Below, piece by piece: positions 25,625-37,059 of a stretch of 64,000 bases of DNA. The number at the start of each line of letters is the position of its first letter. The stretch's first letter is position 1. Under the pieces are notes generated by a model. The model made no database searches, had not been told where the DNA came from, and worked only from the letters and a program-made list of their open reading frames with translations. The stretch is from Heterodontus francisci. Lineage: Eukaryota. The stretch is from assembly GCF_036365525.1 (NCBI RefSeq), contig NC_090404.1, positions 12,924,550-12,988,549 of the forward strand, given 5' to 3'. The position numbers and the translations under genes were made by a program.

Positions 25625-27080
25625 GAACATACATACAAACATACGAATAAGAATCAGGAGTAGGTCACTCGGCCCTTCGAGCCTGTTTCGCCATTCAATA
25701 AGTTCATAGCTGAACTGATTGCTCCACATTTCCACCGATCCCAGATAACCTTCCACCCCCTTGCTTATCAAGTATCTATCTAATTCTGCCTTAAATATAT
25801 TCAAAGACTCGGCTTCCACCGCCTTTTGAGGAACAGAATTACAAAGACTCACGACCCTATGAGAGAACAAAATCTCCTCATCTCTGTCTTAAATGGGCGA
25901 CCCCTTATCTTTAAACAGTGAGCCTTAGTTCTAGGTTCTCCCACAAGGGAAAACAACCTTCCCATATCCACCCTGTCAGGACCCATCAGCATCTTATATG
26001 TTTCAAACACGTCGCCTCTTACTCTTCTAAATTCCAGTGGATACAAGCTTAGCCTGTCCAATCATTTCTCGTAAGACAGCCCGCCTATTCCAGGTATTAG
26101 TCTAGTAAATCTTCTCTGTGCTGCCTCCAACGCATTTACATTCTTCCTTAAATAAGGAGACCAGTACTGTACGCAGTATTCCAGATGTGGTTTCACCAAT
26201 GCCCTGTATAACTGAAGCATAACCTGCCAACTTTTGTATTCAATTCCCCTCGCGATAAACAATAACATTCTATTGGCTTTCCTAATTACTTGCTGTACCT
26301 GCATACTAACCTTTTGCATTTCATGCACGAGGACACCCAGATCCCTCTGTATCTTAGAGCTCTGCAATCTCTCACCATTAAGATAATATGCTTCTTTCTT
26401 ATTCTTCCTGCCAAAGTGGGCAATTTCACACTTTCCCACATTATACTCCATTTGCCAGGTCTTTGCCCACTCATTTAACCTATCTGTATCCCTTTGTAGC
26501 TCCTTTATGTCCTCCTCACTTTCCTATCTATCTTTGTGTCATCAGCACATTTAGCAATCATGCAAAAAGCTGAGGCCACAGCACAGATCCCTGTGACACA
26601 CCACTCGTTACATCTTGCCAACCAGAAAATGACCCATTTATGCCTACACTCTGTTTCCTGTTAGCTATCCAATCTTCTATCCATGCCAATATGTTACCCC
26701 CACACCATGAACTTTTATTTTCTGCAATAACCTTTGACGTGGCACCTTATCAAGTTCCTTCTGGAAATCTAAGTACAATACATCCATCGGTTCCCCTTTA
26801 TCCACAGCACATGTAACTCCCTCAAAGAACTCCAATAAATTGTTCAAACATGATTTCCCTTTCACAAAACCATGTTGGCTCTGCCTGATTACCTTGATTT
26901 TTTTCTAAATGCCCTGCTATAATGTCTTTAATAATAGCTTCTAACATTTTCCCTAAGACAGATGTTAAGCTAACTGGCCTGTAGTTTCCTCCTTTCTGTC
27001 TCCATCCCTTTTTGAATAAAGGAGATACATTCGCTATTTTCCAACCTAATGGAACCTTCCCTGAATCTAGGAACATATTC
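25625..27080 (-). mobile_element. CR1-type LINE
   Basis: ORFs 26822-27154 (NYRPVSLTSV), 26677-26865 and 26062-26451 (PHLEYCVQYWSPY). Tail (gtat)n. Confidence 0.85.
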
Positions 27081-28129
27081 AAAATTGTGAGAACTTTTAA
27101 TAGAGGAGCAAGTAGGGAGAAGCTGTTTCCTCTGCCAAGCAATTCAAAGGCCACAGATTTAACATAATAGGCAAACGAACTGGAGCGGAAATTAAATTAA
27201 AATTTTGATATTGAGGGATGTTAAGTTCGGGAACGCACCAGGTAACCGGATATATACGTGAAGGGGACTACTTTGCAGGGTTACGAGAAAAATGCTGGGG
27301 TTTAGGACTTAATCAGACAGCTCTATTAAAGCCCGCACAGGCACGACAGGCCGAATTACTTCCTACTGTGCGGTAAGATTCGATGATTCTACTCGACTCA
27401 ATGAAATTAATTCTTCAAGATTTCCTTCTAGAAGGGAAGGAAATTATTCATAATTTTGAACATCTCTATCAAACTTGTTTTTATTGTTTGTTCTTAATGA
27501 AAGAAGATTTTAAAATCAAGGGATCTGAGGAATTTGAACAAATGTTAGATTCGCATCACTACAGAGCCCTAAAGAACGTTGTGAATGCAGACCCATTGTA
27601 GGTTGACTGTCTGTCTTTAAATGTTTCACAGAGATGTAGTTGTGACTTTGTGCCTTATGTTGTGACCCAGTCCAATAACAACTCACTCGAGATTGTCCCT
27701 GCATGTTACTATTTTTTTAAAATGAACAAAATAATGGTTTTAAACATAAGGTTCCCATGATGGTTATTGGAGCGGGAGACTACACATTCTCTATTTAAAT
27801 TTTCAGAACTTAAATTGTCAAAATAACTACCAGTCTCCCATCAGATCAGAACTGGCGCTATTCTCTGGACCGTGACATTCACTTCCTGAAACTGTTTGTT
27901 CTGAAGTTGCGCTCAGTATCAGCCCACTCTGATTCAATAATTACCTGATATTCAAAAAGACTAAAGAATTAAAATGTGTGAAGATACGTTATCAGGAAGA
28001 ATGTCAAAATCAATTAATGCCCCTTGTTTCATTTGGCCTGTGGAAAAGTTTATTTTTATGTATCTGCCTAGAGGACTCGCAGTTTATTGGTTAGATTCAG
28101 ATTAATCTGCATTTTCTGCATTACCTGCC

Positions 28130-29240
28130 TGTCAAATCAGGTACATAAAGCACAGTAAAACTCCATTTACACGGCCCTGTGAGGCGCTGCGAGTCAGGTA
28201 CAGCAAGAGTTGATACCGTTCGCACTGCCGGGTCAGACTCAACACGAGTTCAATGGAAAATATAGTTCCCTATGAACTGCCCAGTTAAATATTCACGGTT
28301 CACATACATCAAAAATTAGACATAGAGTAAAACTCCTTCTACACTGGCCGATCAAGGACTATGAGGCCAGGTTATACTCCGTTTAGATACAGAGTATCGA
28401 TCGGATGAAAAACTAGCAGCTTGAGTACAACACAGGCTGGATACATTATAAACATCCCGATAAAATGCCCCCGCAGATTCTTCCAAGTTCGTTATACCAC
28501 AATTATATACATAGTAACGTTTCCTCCACACTGACTCATCAAATTCCGCCAGCTCACCTACTGCACCAATTAGATACAGGATAAATGTATATAGAGCTTG
28601 TCCATCAAACTTACCGCTCTCGTGAAGAACAAATTACATACACAGTGAAAAATCTCCCGCTACACTATCACTTCCAACATTACTAGGGCAGGTACAACAC
28701 GAATTATATACAGAGTCAAACATCGTCTACGCTGGTCAATCAAACACTCCTCGGTCATGCACACCATGGGTTAGACATACAGTTATGCTGCCTCCAGATG
28801 ATACCATCAAGCATTCCAAGGGAAGGTGCAGCAGGGATTAGATACAGAGTAAATCTCCACCCAACTAAATCATCAAAATAACTTCTGGCTTCCATCATAT
28901 CAGAGCAGGCAATGTTTTCTGCATTGTTACCGTTACTTTCTGAAGCTGCTTTGGAAGTGAGCTGAGGATCAGGTCAATCTCATTCAATAATCGTCTGATA
29001 TTCAAAATGTTGAACCTTCATCAAAAATTGGGATTTTTTTTATAGAAAGAAGTTTAATCTCAATTTATGATTTGCTGTTTCATCAAAGCAATGGAACTAT
29101 TTATATATAATCGGGCTCCAGACCTTGCACCTTATTAGTTGGATGAAGCTTAAGGTTCTTTAAACACTGCAGGATAAAAACACTCTCAGGTTAGATACAA
29201 GATAGATAAGTTAGAATAAAGCTCCCTCTGTACTGTCTTT
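28130..29240. repeat. Degenerate ~65-bp satellite (ttagatacagagtaaagctccctctacactgtcccatcaaacactcccagggcaggtacagca)
   Basis: More than 10 diverged units. A better-conserved array of the same unit lies at 55860-56410. Confidence 0.75.
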
Positions 29241-32200
29241 TCATTGCGCTTTAACGTTAGATGTAACAAGAGGTGTAAACTCCGTCTACACTATATTATT
29301 CCTATATATTCCTTCGACAGTACTTTTCAAACCCGCGACCTCTACCATCTAGAAGGATAAGGGCAGCAGATGCATGGGAACACCACCACCTGCAAGTTCC
29401 ATCCAAGCCACACAACATCCTGACTTGGAACGAAATCGCTATTCCTTCACTGTCACGGGGTCAAAATCCTGGAACTCGCTTCCTAACAGCAAGGACTGGA
29501 GCGGTTCAAGAAGGTAGCTCACCACCACCTTCTCAAGGGCAATTAGGGATGGGCAATGAATGCTGGCCTTGCCAGCAATGTGCACATCCCACGAAAGAAT
29601 AAAAAAAACTTCACTTTACGCGGGCCCATCAAACGTCCCCTGGTCAGTTACAGCATGGGCACTGAATAGATTAACGATCCTTCGACACTCTGCCTGTACT
29701 GCTACTGAACTGTTCCTTCTAAATGCCACACACTGGGTTACCGGTGGCATTCCTGAGGTGCATCCTTAAACTTAAAGTCAAAGTTATACCTTTCTCACAA
29801 ATACAAGCTTCTTAAATAAATGGGTCAAACTTCACTCCTTGAAATTCAGGAGAACGAACCAGAAGGTTTAAAACCAATCAGAAGGACTGCTGATTCTCAC
29901 ACAGAGAGCAGGCGCACACAAAGAGAACAGCCACAAACGATGCAACAATCGTGTTCACAGCAGATAGATCTTGTTCAGACTGTCAATTTCAATTAAACCA
30001 ATGTTAATCGATCTCTAATCAATTTATGACCACGTCAACTCTGTACATGCTTCGAAATTAAACTATTAGTTTGAAAATCTCTCTTCGACTTCCAACAATT
30101 GCTCCCTCTCTGTCTACAATCTTCTGAACCCTGTAAGCTTTAGTTTTCCTGAAAACAACTATATCGAGATAATTTCCAGTCGAGGTTCATTTGCTGCTTG
30201 TGACATGGGTCTCAGTGACAGAATACGAATTCATCAAACCAGGAAAGACTTACATTGAAAGGGATTACCCACTGGTTTGGTATATTTCACAATTAAATGT
30301 AACCTATAAAATAATCGAGGCTATGCATGAGATAATAATTTAAAATCTGCGACTACACCTTATTGAGTTGAGCACAGCTGAGTAAGAAAATTTATTGTTT
30401 TCTCAATTAATTTTTGACACAATTAAATATTCTCTGCAATCTGAGATTTTGCACCAACTGTAATCCTGACCAATGCACAACGCAATGGTGGGAGGCCATT
30501 TATATTTAATGAATGAATACTGTATTATATTATAGTGTAAGTTAATATTGATGTTAGCTAATGTATACTCTATTATAATAAAATGAGTTAATAGTGCTTC
30601 GAGACTTGAATCTTACTAGTAGCTTGTGACATATTAGTGTTTCAACCATATTAATATGACACGTTATTAATACTAAATCAAAAACTTCATGTTAATAGAT
30701 CAATACTTTCAAATATATTAATTTTACTTAACTTAAAAACATTTCAATGCTTTAAAAATCATTAGTGACTTCTAATAATGCGATGCTCTCTCTGGACACA
30801 CATGTAAACTTTGTATGTTTCTGACTACTCTGATATAACACAAACTCTGTCTATTCTCAGAGTATATTTCACATGATGGATTTAGGAAAGGACGATGACA
30901 AACTGTTCCAAGTTTAGTCAGGAAGGCATCTGCGTTACGAACGCAGGACGGTAGCATTATGTGTTAACTAAAGCAGGATTCTTGATTTTAACGGTTGCCC
31001 TAAATTGTACAAATGGCCGGGCAGTTTGCGGTCAGTGGCAGAGCCTCCACTATTTAATGGTAGATAAAATATGTTGCAATTTATTCCAGTAATGTTTGAA
31101 CTACAAGCGACAATACCTGTCAGTCTGATCCTGCAACCTGTTACCTGTTAAAGATCAGTTTACTGATAACTGTCCCACTATCTAACAACAAGCAACGTTG
31201 AAAGAACAATATGGTTTCGGCTGCACAATATTAATTTCATAACCCGACAGAAATATGAAATTTACAAAATGAAATTTACAACTCGGATTCAATTGATGAT
31301 TAAATATAATCCGTCATTCTTCTGCATAGAACAGGGCGAAAACAATAAATTAAAAGCGCATCATTAAAATTAATACTGCAGCGAATCAGTATGTTTTAAT
31401 TAAAATAATTTCAGGCATAATCAGAAATTATTGCCAGTCTCTAAATGTTTCCGTTCGCATTAATTGTGCCAGTGCACTGCAGAATTGTGGAAGGCCAATA
31501 TTGTTTAATAAATTAATATTGATACTATTGCATATTTTATTAATATTGGGAGATATCACGGTATTCTAATCGTTTGAGCTATATTAGCCTAACTACCCAT
31601 CAACCTGCAAACTCGATAAATATTTAATTTGTAATTACAGTAAAATTATACGTTTTAAATATAAGCATCCTTATCTATAGATTAATAGTTGTACCTACAA
31701 ATATCACTAAAATAAAAATATTTTCTAAAGTCTCTTTAAACGATATTTGATGTTCAAAACCTGCCTGCTTTCTGCTTACAATCTTATTTTAGACAGTTTT
31801 AATCACTTATAATGTTTGCATTCGATCATAAAACCTGCAGCCGCTTGATCTCACTGAGATTAAATATCGTAGAAACTCTGAACATTTTCACAAACTTTAG
31901 ATATTCAAAGTAAGCCAGGCACACACTCTCCTCGGCAGGCAAACACTAAATCGCATCAGTGAGTAGCTGAATCCCACAGCACAACGTTTTGTGGAACGGA
32001 ATTTTAATTCTCTAAAGGCCTTCAGCAGAATCAAATATAACACTGAAAAAAAAACCTCAATACATATTCCATCGAAGCTGCCAGTCACTGAATGAACTAT
32101 TTATTATGTAAGTATAAATTTAAAATAATGTGAGCAGAATTTAGCAGACAAAACATATTTAATAATTTAACGTTGAAACTATAGCATATTTAGTAATATT

Positions 32201-32805
32201 GGGTGATATTACTAAAGTATAATAAGTGAAATTATATTAATTTAAATCTGAGCAATGCTGAAAATGTGTTAATTATGCAGTTCTTAGTTACAGTAACAGT
32301 TCATGTATTATATATGAGCGTTCATAAGCATTAGATTAAAGATAACAATTTAATTATTACGAATAAAAATAGATTAAAGTATCGTAATGATATTTTGATG
32401 GCTAAAGCTTTCTGCCCACAATCCTATTTGAAACATATTTTAGCACTTAATGTTTGTATTCGTTCAGAAAAGCTGTGGCAACAAAATATCACCGAGATTC
32501 AACAATGTGGAAATGCCAAACTGCTTAACAACATTTCGGTATTTAAAGTAACACAGGCACACAGACTCATCAGCAGATAAACACCAAATCACATAAAACA
32601 GGCACTGAATCCCTCAGTAGCATCGTTTGTAGAGAAACAGCTGTATTCTCTAATCCCTTTGCACCACAATCAAATGAAACATTGCAAACAATTTCAATAT
32701 AAAATCAACCGAACCCACGTTTCAGTTAATCAATGAATGGCTAAAATAAGAGAAATATAGAATAAAGACACAAATAAAACCTTTACTGAATGAGCTGTTT
32801 CTTAC

Positions 32806-32853
32806 CTGCAGTCACCGTCACCATGGTCCCTTGTCCCCAGTAGTCCATGATGT
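32806..32853 (-). CDS. IGHJ: JH segment (IMDYWGQGTMVTVTA)
   Basis: WGxG motif and donor GTAAG. RSS heptamer 32854-32860 (CACAGTG), 23-nt spacer, nonamer ACAATAACC at 32884-32892. Confidence 0.97.
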
Positions 32854-33234
32854 CACAGTGTTACATTCCCTGGGCTGGGTCACACAATAACCGGCTTTGC
32901 ACAGAATAGAGAGAAATCCAACATTAGTTTAAATGTTGCTAAATCAGAGGCAAAGTAAAGCCACGATGGATCTTCATTAAAATATAAGTGTGTTAATGGT
33001 ATTTTTCAATGTTTATAAATGATCCTGACGTTTTATATTGCATCGGGTAATCCATGAACATGCTATCGAAATCAGCAATGGTGAATTAATAATTATCATA
33101 ATTCATCCATATTAAACTGTGCTAGAAGCAAATGCTACTTTATTGCATATACAGCTGGATTGTAAAAGCGAGCAAGGACCCAGATTCAATCAATTAGTGC
33201 AGAGGGACTTTTTGTATTGACAGTAACTGCTGTG

Positions 33235-33247
33235 CCACCCAGTATAA
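33235..33247 (-). other. DH2 segment (TTATACTGGGTGG); V-side 22-RSS, J-side 12-RSS
   Basis: V-side CACGGTA(33248-54)-22-ACAAAAACC(33277-85). J-side CACAGCA(33234-28)-12-ACAAAAAGT(33215-07). Confidence 0.93.
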
Positions 33248-33627
33248 CACGGTACTGTACAGAGCGAGTTTCTTATACAAAAACCCCAGACAGCGGATGT
33301 GCTCAAACCTACGATCTCTACCACGGCAGGAACTTCGAAGGAAATGAGTCTTAAATTGAAGTAATTGCTAGAAGTATTAGAGATTTGTAAAAATGTATAA
33401 AATTCTTCTGGTTTGTAAGTGTTGACTGACATGCAAAATCTGGACAGATACTTTTAAGAGTATTTCAATCTCCTTTGCACATATAATGACCAGTGTGAAC
33501 TGAAATGTCTCACTGATGCACACTTAGGGTAGTCGGAATCAGGTTTCTGAGAACTCTGTGGAATTTAATCTCTGTGTTTTACAGTTAATAGTCCACCTCA
33601 GTATTTGACACGGTGTGTCTCACTGTG

Positions 33628-33644
33628 ATACCCACTGTAGTACC
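33628..33644 (-). other. DH1 segment (GGTACTACAGTGGGTAT); 12-RSS on both sides
   Basis: V-side CACTGTG(33645-51)-12-ACAAATACT(33664-72). J-side CACAGTG(33627-21)-12-TCAAATACT(33608-00). Confidence 0.93.
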
Positions 33645-34019
33645 CACTGTGACACGAACCCGCACAAATACTCTTTCATTGCCATTGTCAGAATAAAATC
33701 GCTCAGTCAACAGAAGGTTTTGCAGATTTTGATTATCCATCTATGAGTTTTTCCTCAGAATGGCGGATTTGGACTAAAATTGGCCCCCATTGATAGAATA
33801 TCAACGATTTCATTGACTCCCTTTTCGCCAATGCTGGGCACTGCAAGCAGTACCCGCGGGTCCTTATCCTTATTAGCTTGGTTAATGTGAATTTTATTTT
33901 AACCTATTTATTGCTGTATCAAATACATCCTTCTAGTCTAAGTTAAAAACATCTCAATGTATATCATACCATTACTGACCGTTAGCTTTGGACGGGATGT
34001 GCTGCAAATTTTATCACTC

Positions 34020-34058
34020 TGTTTCTGTACGAGCCCAGGATTTGCTTGGGTCGCAGTG
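34020..34058 (-). promoter_or_regulatory. 23-RSS of VH
   Basis: CACTGCG-23 nt-ACAGAAACA. Confidence 0.9.
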
Positions 34059-34361
34059 GGTCTCTTGCACAGTAATACATGGCGGTGTCTTCGGATCTCA
34101 GACTTTTGATCTCAATATAGGTTGTGGAAGAGGCTCTGGAAGGAATGATTCGACCTTGGACTCCAGGCGCGTAATAGATGGTATCCGATGGTTTTCTGTA
34201 AGCAAGGAGCCACTCCAGCCCCTTCCCTGGAGCTTGCTTAACCCAGTGCACATAGTAGCTGTCCAGACTGAATCCGCTCACGGAGCAGGAAAGCTTGTGA
34301 GATTCTCCGGGCTTTTTCGTCACCGAAGCTGACTGGGTCAGCACAATATCGGACCGGACAT
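34059..34361 (-). CDS. IGHV: VH exon, intact, IgW-like sequence
   Basis: YVRS-DIVLTQSASVTKKPGESHKLSCSVSGFSLDSYYVHWVKQAPGKGLEWLLAYRKPSDTIYYAPGVQGRIIPSRASSTTYIEIKSLRSEDTAMYYCARD. CAG acceptor at 34364-34362. Confidence 0.96.
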
Positions 34362-34483
34362 CTGTCAGTTGAATGAAACAAATATCATCACATTAGATAA
34401 CATTCAAATCAATAAATAGAAATAAAAACACAATATCTGAAGCAGACTTCTGTTGTGTGACTAAACCGGTCAGGAATACTCAC

Positions 34484-34529
34484 AGGTGAAGCAAGCCAGC
34501 AGCACACAGAGGCACGGGGCAAGTCCCAT
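34484..34529 (-). CDS. IGHV: VH leader exon (MGLAPCLCVLLACFT)
   Basis: ATG at 34529, 46 nt, phase-1 donor GTGAGT, in frame with the V exon. Confidence 0.93.
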
Positions 34530-36529
34530 AGTTCAGTCTCTCGGTATAACTGACTCAGGAACGTGTCTCGATGCCACAGCAACGCCTCCTGATTGTGAAG
34601 TTGGAGCTGAACCGTCCCGCTATTTGTACTGGCTGGAGCCCGATACGAAAAAGCCAACTGGGAACTGGGAGGCCCTCACGCCACCGTCCTCCCCACCCAC
34701 ACACCACCCCGCCCCCAGCAACAGGCTGACTCCTCCTCTGTTTTCCTGTATGAGTCCAGCGATGTAAATAATAATTAACCATTAATAATACGTGGTCTGT
34801 GTCTATTCCATAAAATTACCTTGGCTTTGCCGATTTATAGTTGGGGACTATATACAGTTTCGCCAAAATATATTTCGTTTAAAATTGAATCTCCATGTAC
34901 CTTCCCAATAAACACCTCTCCTTAGCTCGGGGTCCAATTCCTCCCAGGTGGACGGAACATATCCCATGGAATCATTTCAAAGAAAAGCAGGGGAAATCTC
35001 CCCTGTGTCCTGGGGCCGATAATAATCCCTCTACCAACATCAGCGAAACGGATTATTTGATCATTTATCACAATGCAGTTTGATGATCTTTCTTTGCGCA
35101 AATTGGCGACCGTGTTTCCCTACACCACCGCAGTGATTATGCTTCCGATATTTTCATTCACTGTAAAGCTCTTTGAGATATCCTGACGCTCTGCAAGGTG
35201 CGATATAAATGCAAGTCTTTCTTTTATTCCCCCCCCCCCCCCCCCCCCCATTCGCAATTGCTTTTTTTGGGATGCAAGGTAAAAGGACACTGGAGTTGAT
35301 GATCTTTGATCTGACTCTACAGGAGCGAAAGTGAACATTTGGGAATAACATCATTTATTGTTAGATATCATCGATCACAAGTGTGCATCTCCGCTTTAAT
35401 GCAATGTTCCCTGAACCAATCGGTCAATGGATCTCAGCTCAACTGTGTAAAGATTGTTACTTTATTTCACACTAAACAATGGTAAATTGTAAAAGTTGAG
35501 ATTTACACCAATCTGTGTAGGTGTGATGCGACAGCGCAGTTCGCCCGAAACTGCTTGAGAATTAAATCTCGCTGCCTGCCTTTCTAATCGTGGTTATGTT
35601 ACTGTCCTATAGACCATGGGAATATCCGCAACACTGCAGATTAAACAGTATCATTCAGTATAAACCGACTGATGGAGAACTTTCTGGTAGATTTGGGAAA
35701 TCATAAGTTTCAAGTTACATTTTTTTTAATTGCACAAGAAAAGGGAAATCATTAGATCAAATACTTTATTTGATTTTCACTATCGTGTGGTTTGATTCAT
35801 TAACCCAGCTGTGGCTAGCTGTTCTCAAGCTGTACCAGAGCATGTTTCATTTTAAAATATAAAGGCTGCCAGTTAATAATTATACCAAAATCTTAGTGAG
35901 TAACTGGACTTCTCAGTCATGCCCCAGGCTTGTTCTGTAACTCAGCAGAATGCAGGAAATGGAGTCAAGCATAAAATTATAAATGGAACCAAAAGCTAGT
36001 ATTATATCACTTATTGAGATCTTTATATCTGTCCCTCTCTGTGTCAGTCTGATGCCAGCATAGCATACCTCAGGCAGGACTGTGAAGAAGTACTGCATTA
36101 TTCAGAGTAAATTTGGCTTTCATTAATTCATATTTCAAACGCTTTTCAAAGTTCCAATCGTATTTTATTTTGATCTGCACGTGACATACAGGAACATAAT
36201 TTGCTTTAATGTCATACCATAAGAAGTATATTATCGATTGGCCGTGCCTAATGATTCATTAGTTGAGCAGGTAAATGCTAGCTTGTTCCCACACACACTC
36301 TCTGTCCATATCTCCCCCACTGAGCTTGTGATCAAAATCCATCAATTCAACAGCAGGGAGGAGCGAGAACTCACATTGTAATTTACAGGAAACATCTGTG
36401 GGTTCTGTGCAGCAAATTCTTTGAGCTGTTTCCAACTCATTGATCAGAGCTAGAAAGTCAACTGGAGCACCACCTATTATGAATGCCACCTTTTTATAGA
36501 CAAATCTGCCCAGCAACAATATACTCATG

Positions 36530-36850
36530 CAGTCAAATCATATCCCGACTGGTTACATGGAGATCCATTTCGAATGACTTGACAATCCTGCGGATGATTC
36601 TGGCAGCCTGGGCTTTTCTGAATTACCAGGGACACAAGCCCTGGACATAATTCTCGGAGCGTGCAGCCTCTCGGAATTACCCGGGACCCAAACCCAGGGG
36701 GTAATTCCTGGATGCTGGGGAATATGTGAAACATTAGGAAGCACAAGCCCTGGGGATGATTTCCAGATGTTGAGCCTATCTGACACAGAAATACCAGGCA
36801 AAACTAACCGTGGGGATGATTCCCTGCCTGTAGTAGCAAATGCATATCGA
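36530..36850. repeat. Degenerate repeat related to 10095-10800
   Basis: Recurring ccctggggatgatttcc...tatctgacacagaaa units. Confidence 0.55.
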
Positions 36851-37059
36851 AGTTTAAAGGGTAAAGACACTAAATATAGAGGGGTTGGTATTAACAGGCC
36901 GTGAAAGCGTGTGTCCATATATTTTGGAAGATGTTGGAGAGGAAACAGTGGAGCTAATAGTAAAAAGAATAGAAGACTGTGGAAACAAAAATAGCGAGAA
37001 ATTCGTAGAATTGTGCTGTTGCCTCCAAATTCCTGCCCATCTTTCCAAGAATTCCATGT

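Noticed and set aside
28130-29240. Satellite in the J-C intron as a class-switch region
   Set aside because: The same satellite occurs outside the gene (55860-56410), it is not AGCT/G-rich, and sharks lack canonical switch regions.
35900-36530. Short ORFs upstream of the VH
   Set aside because: No recognisable domain or exon structure; possibly a decayed transposon.
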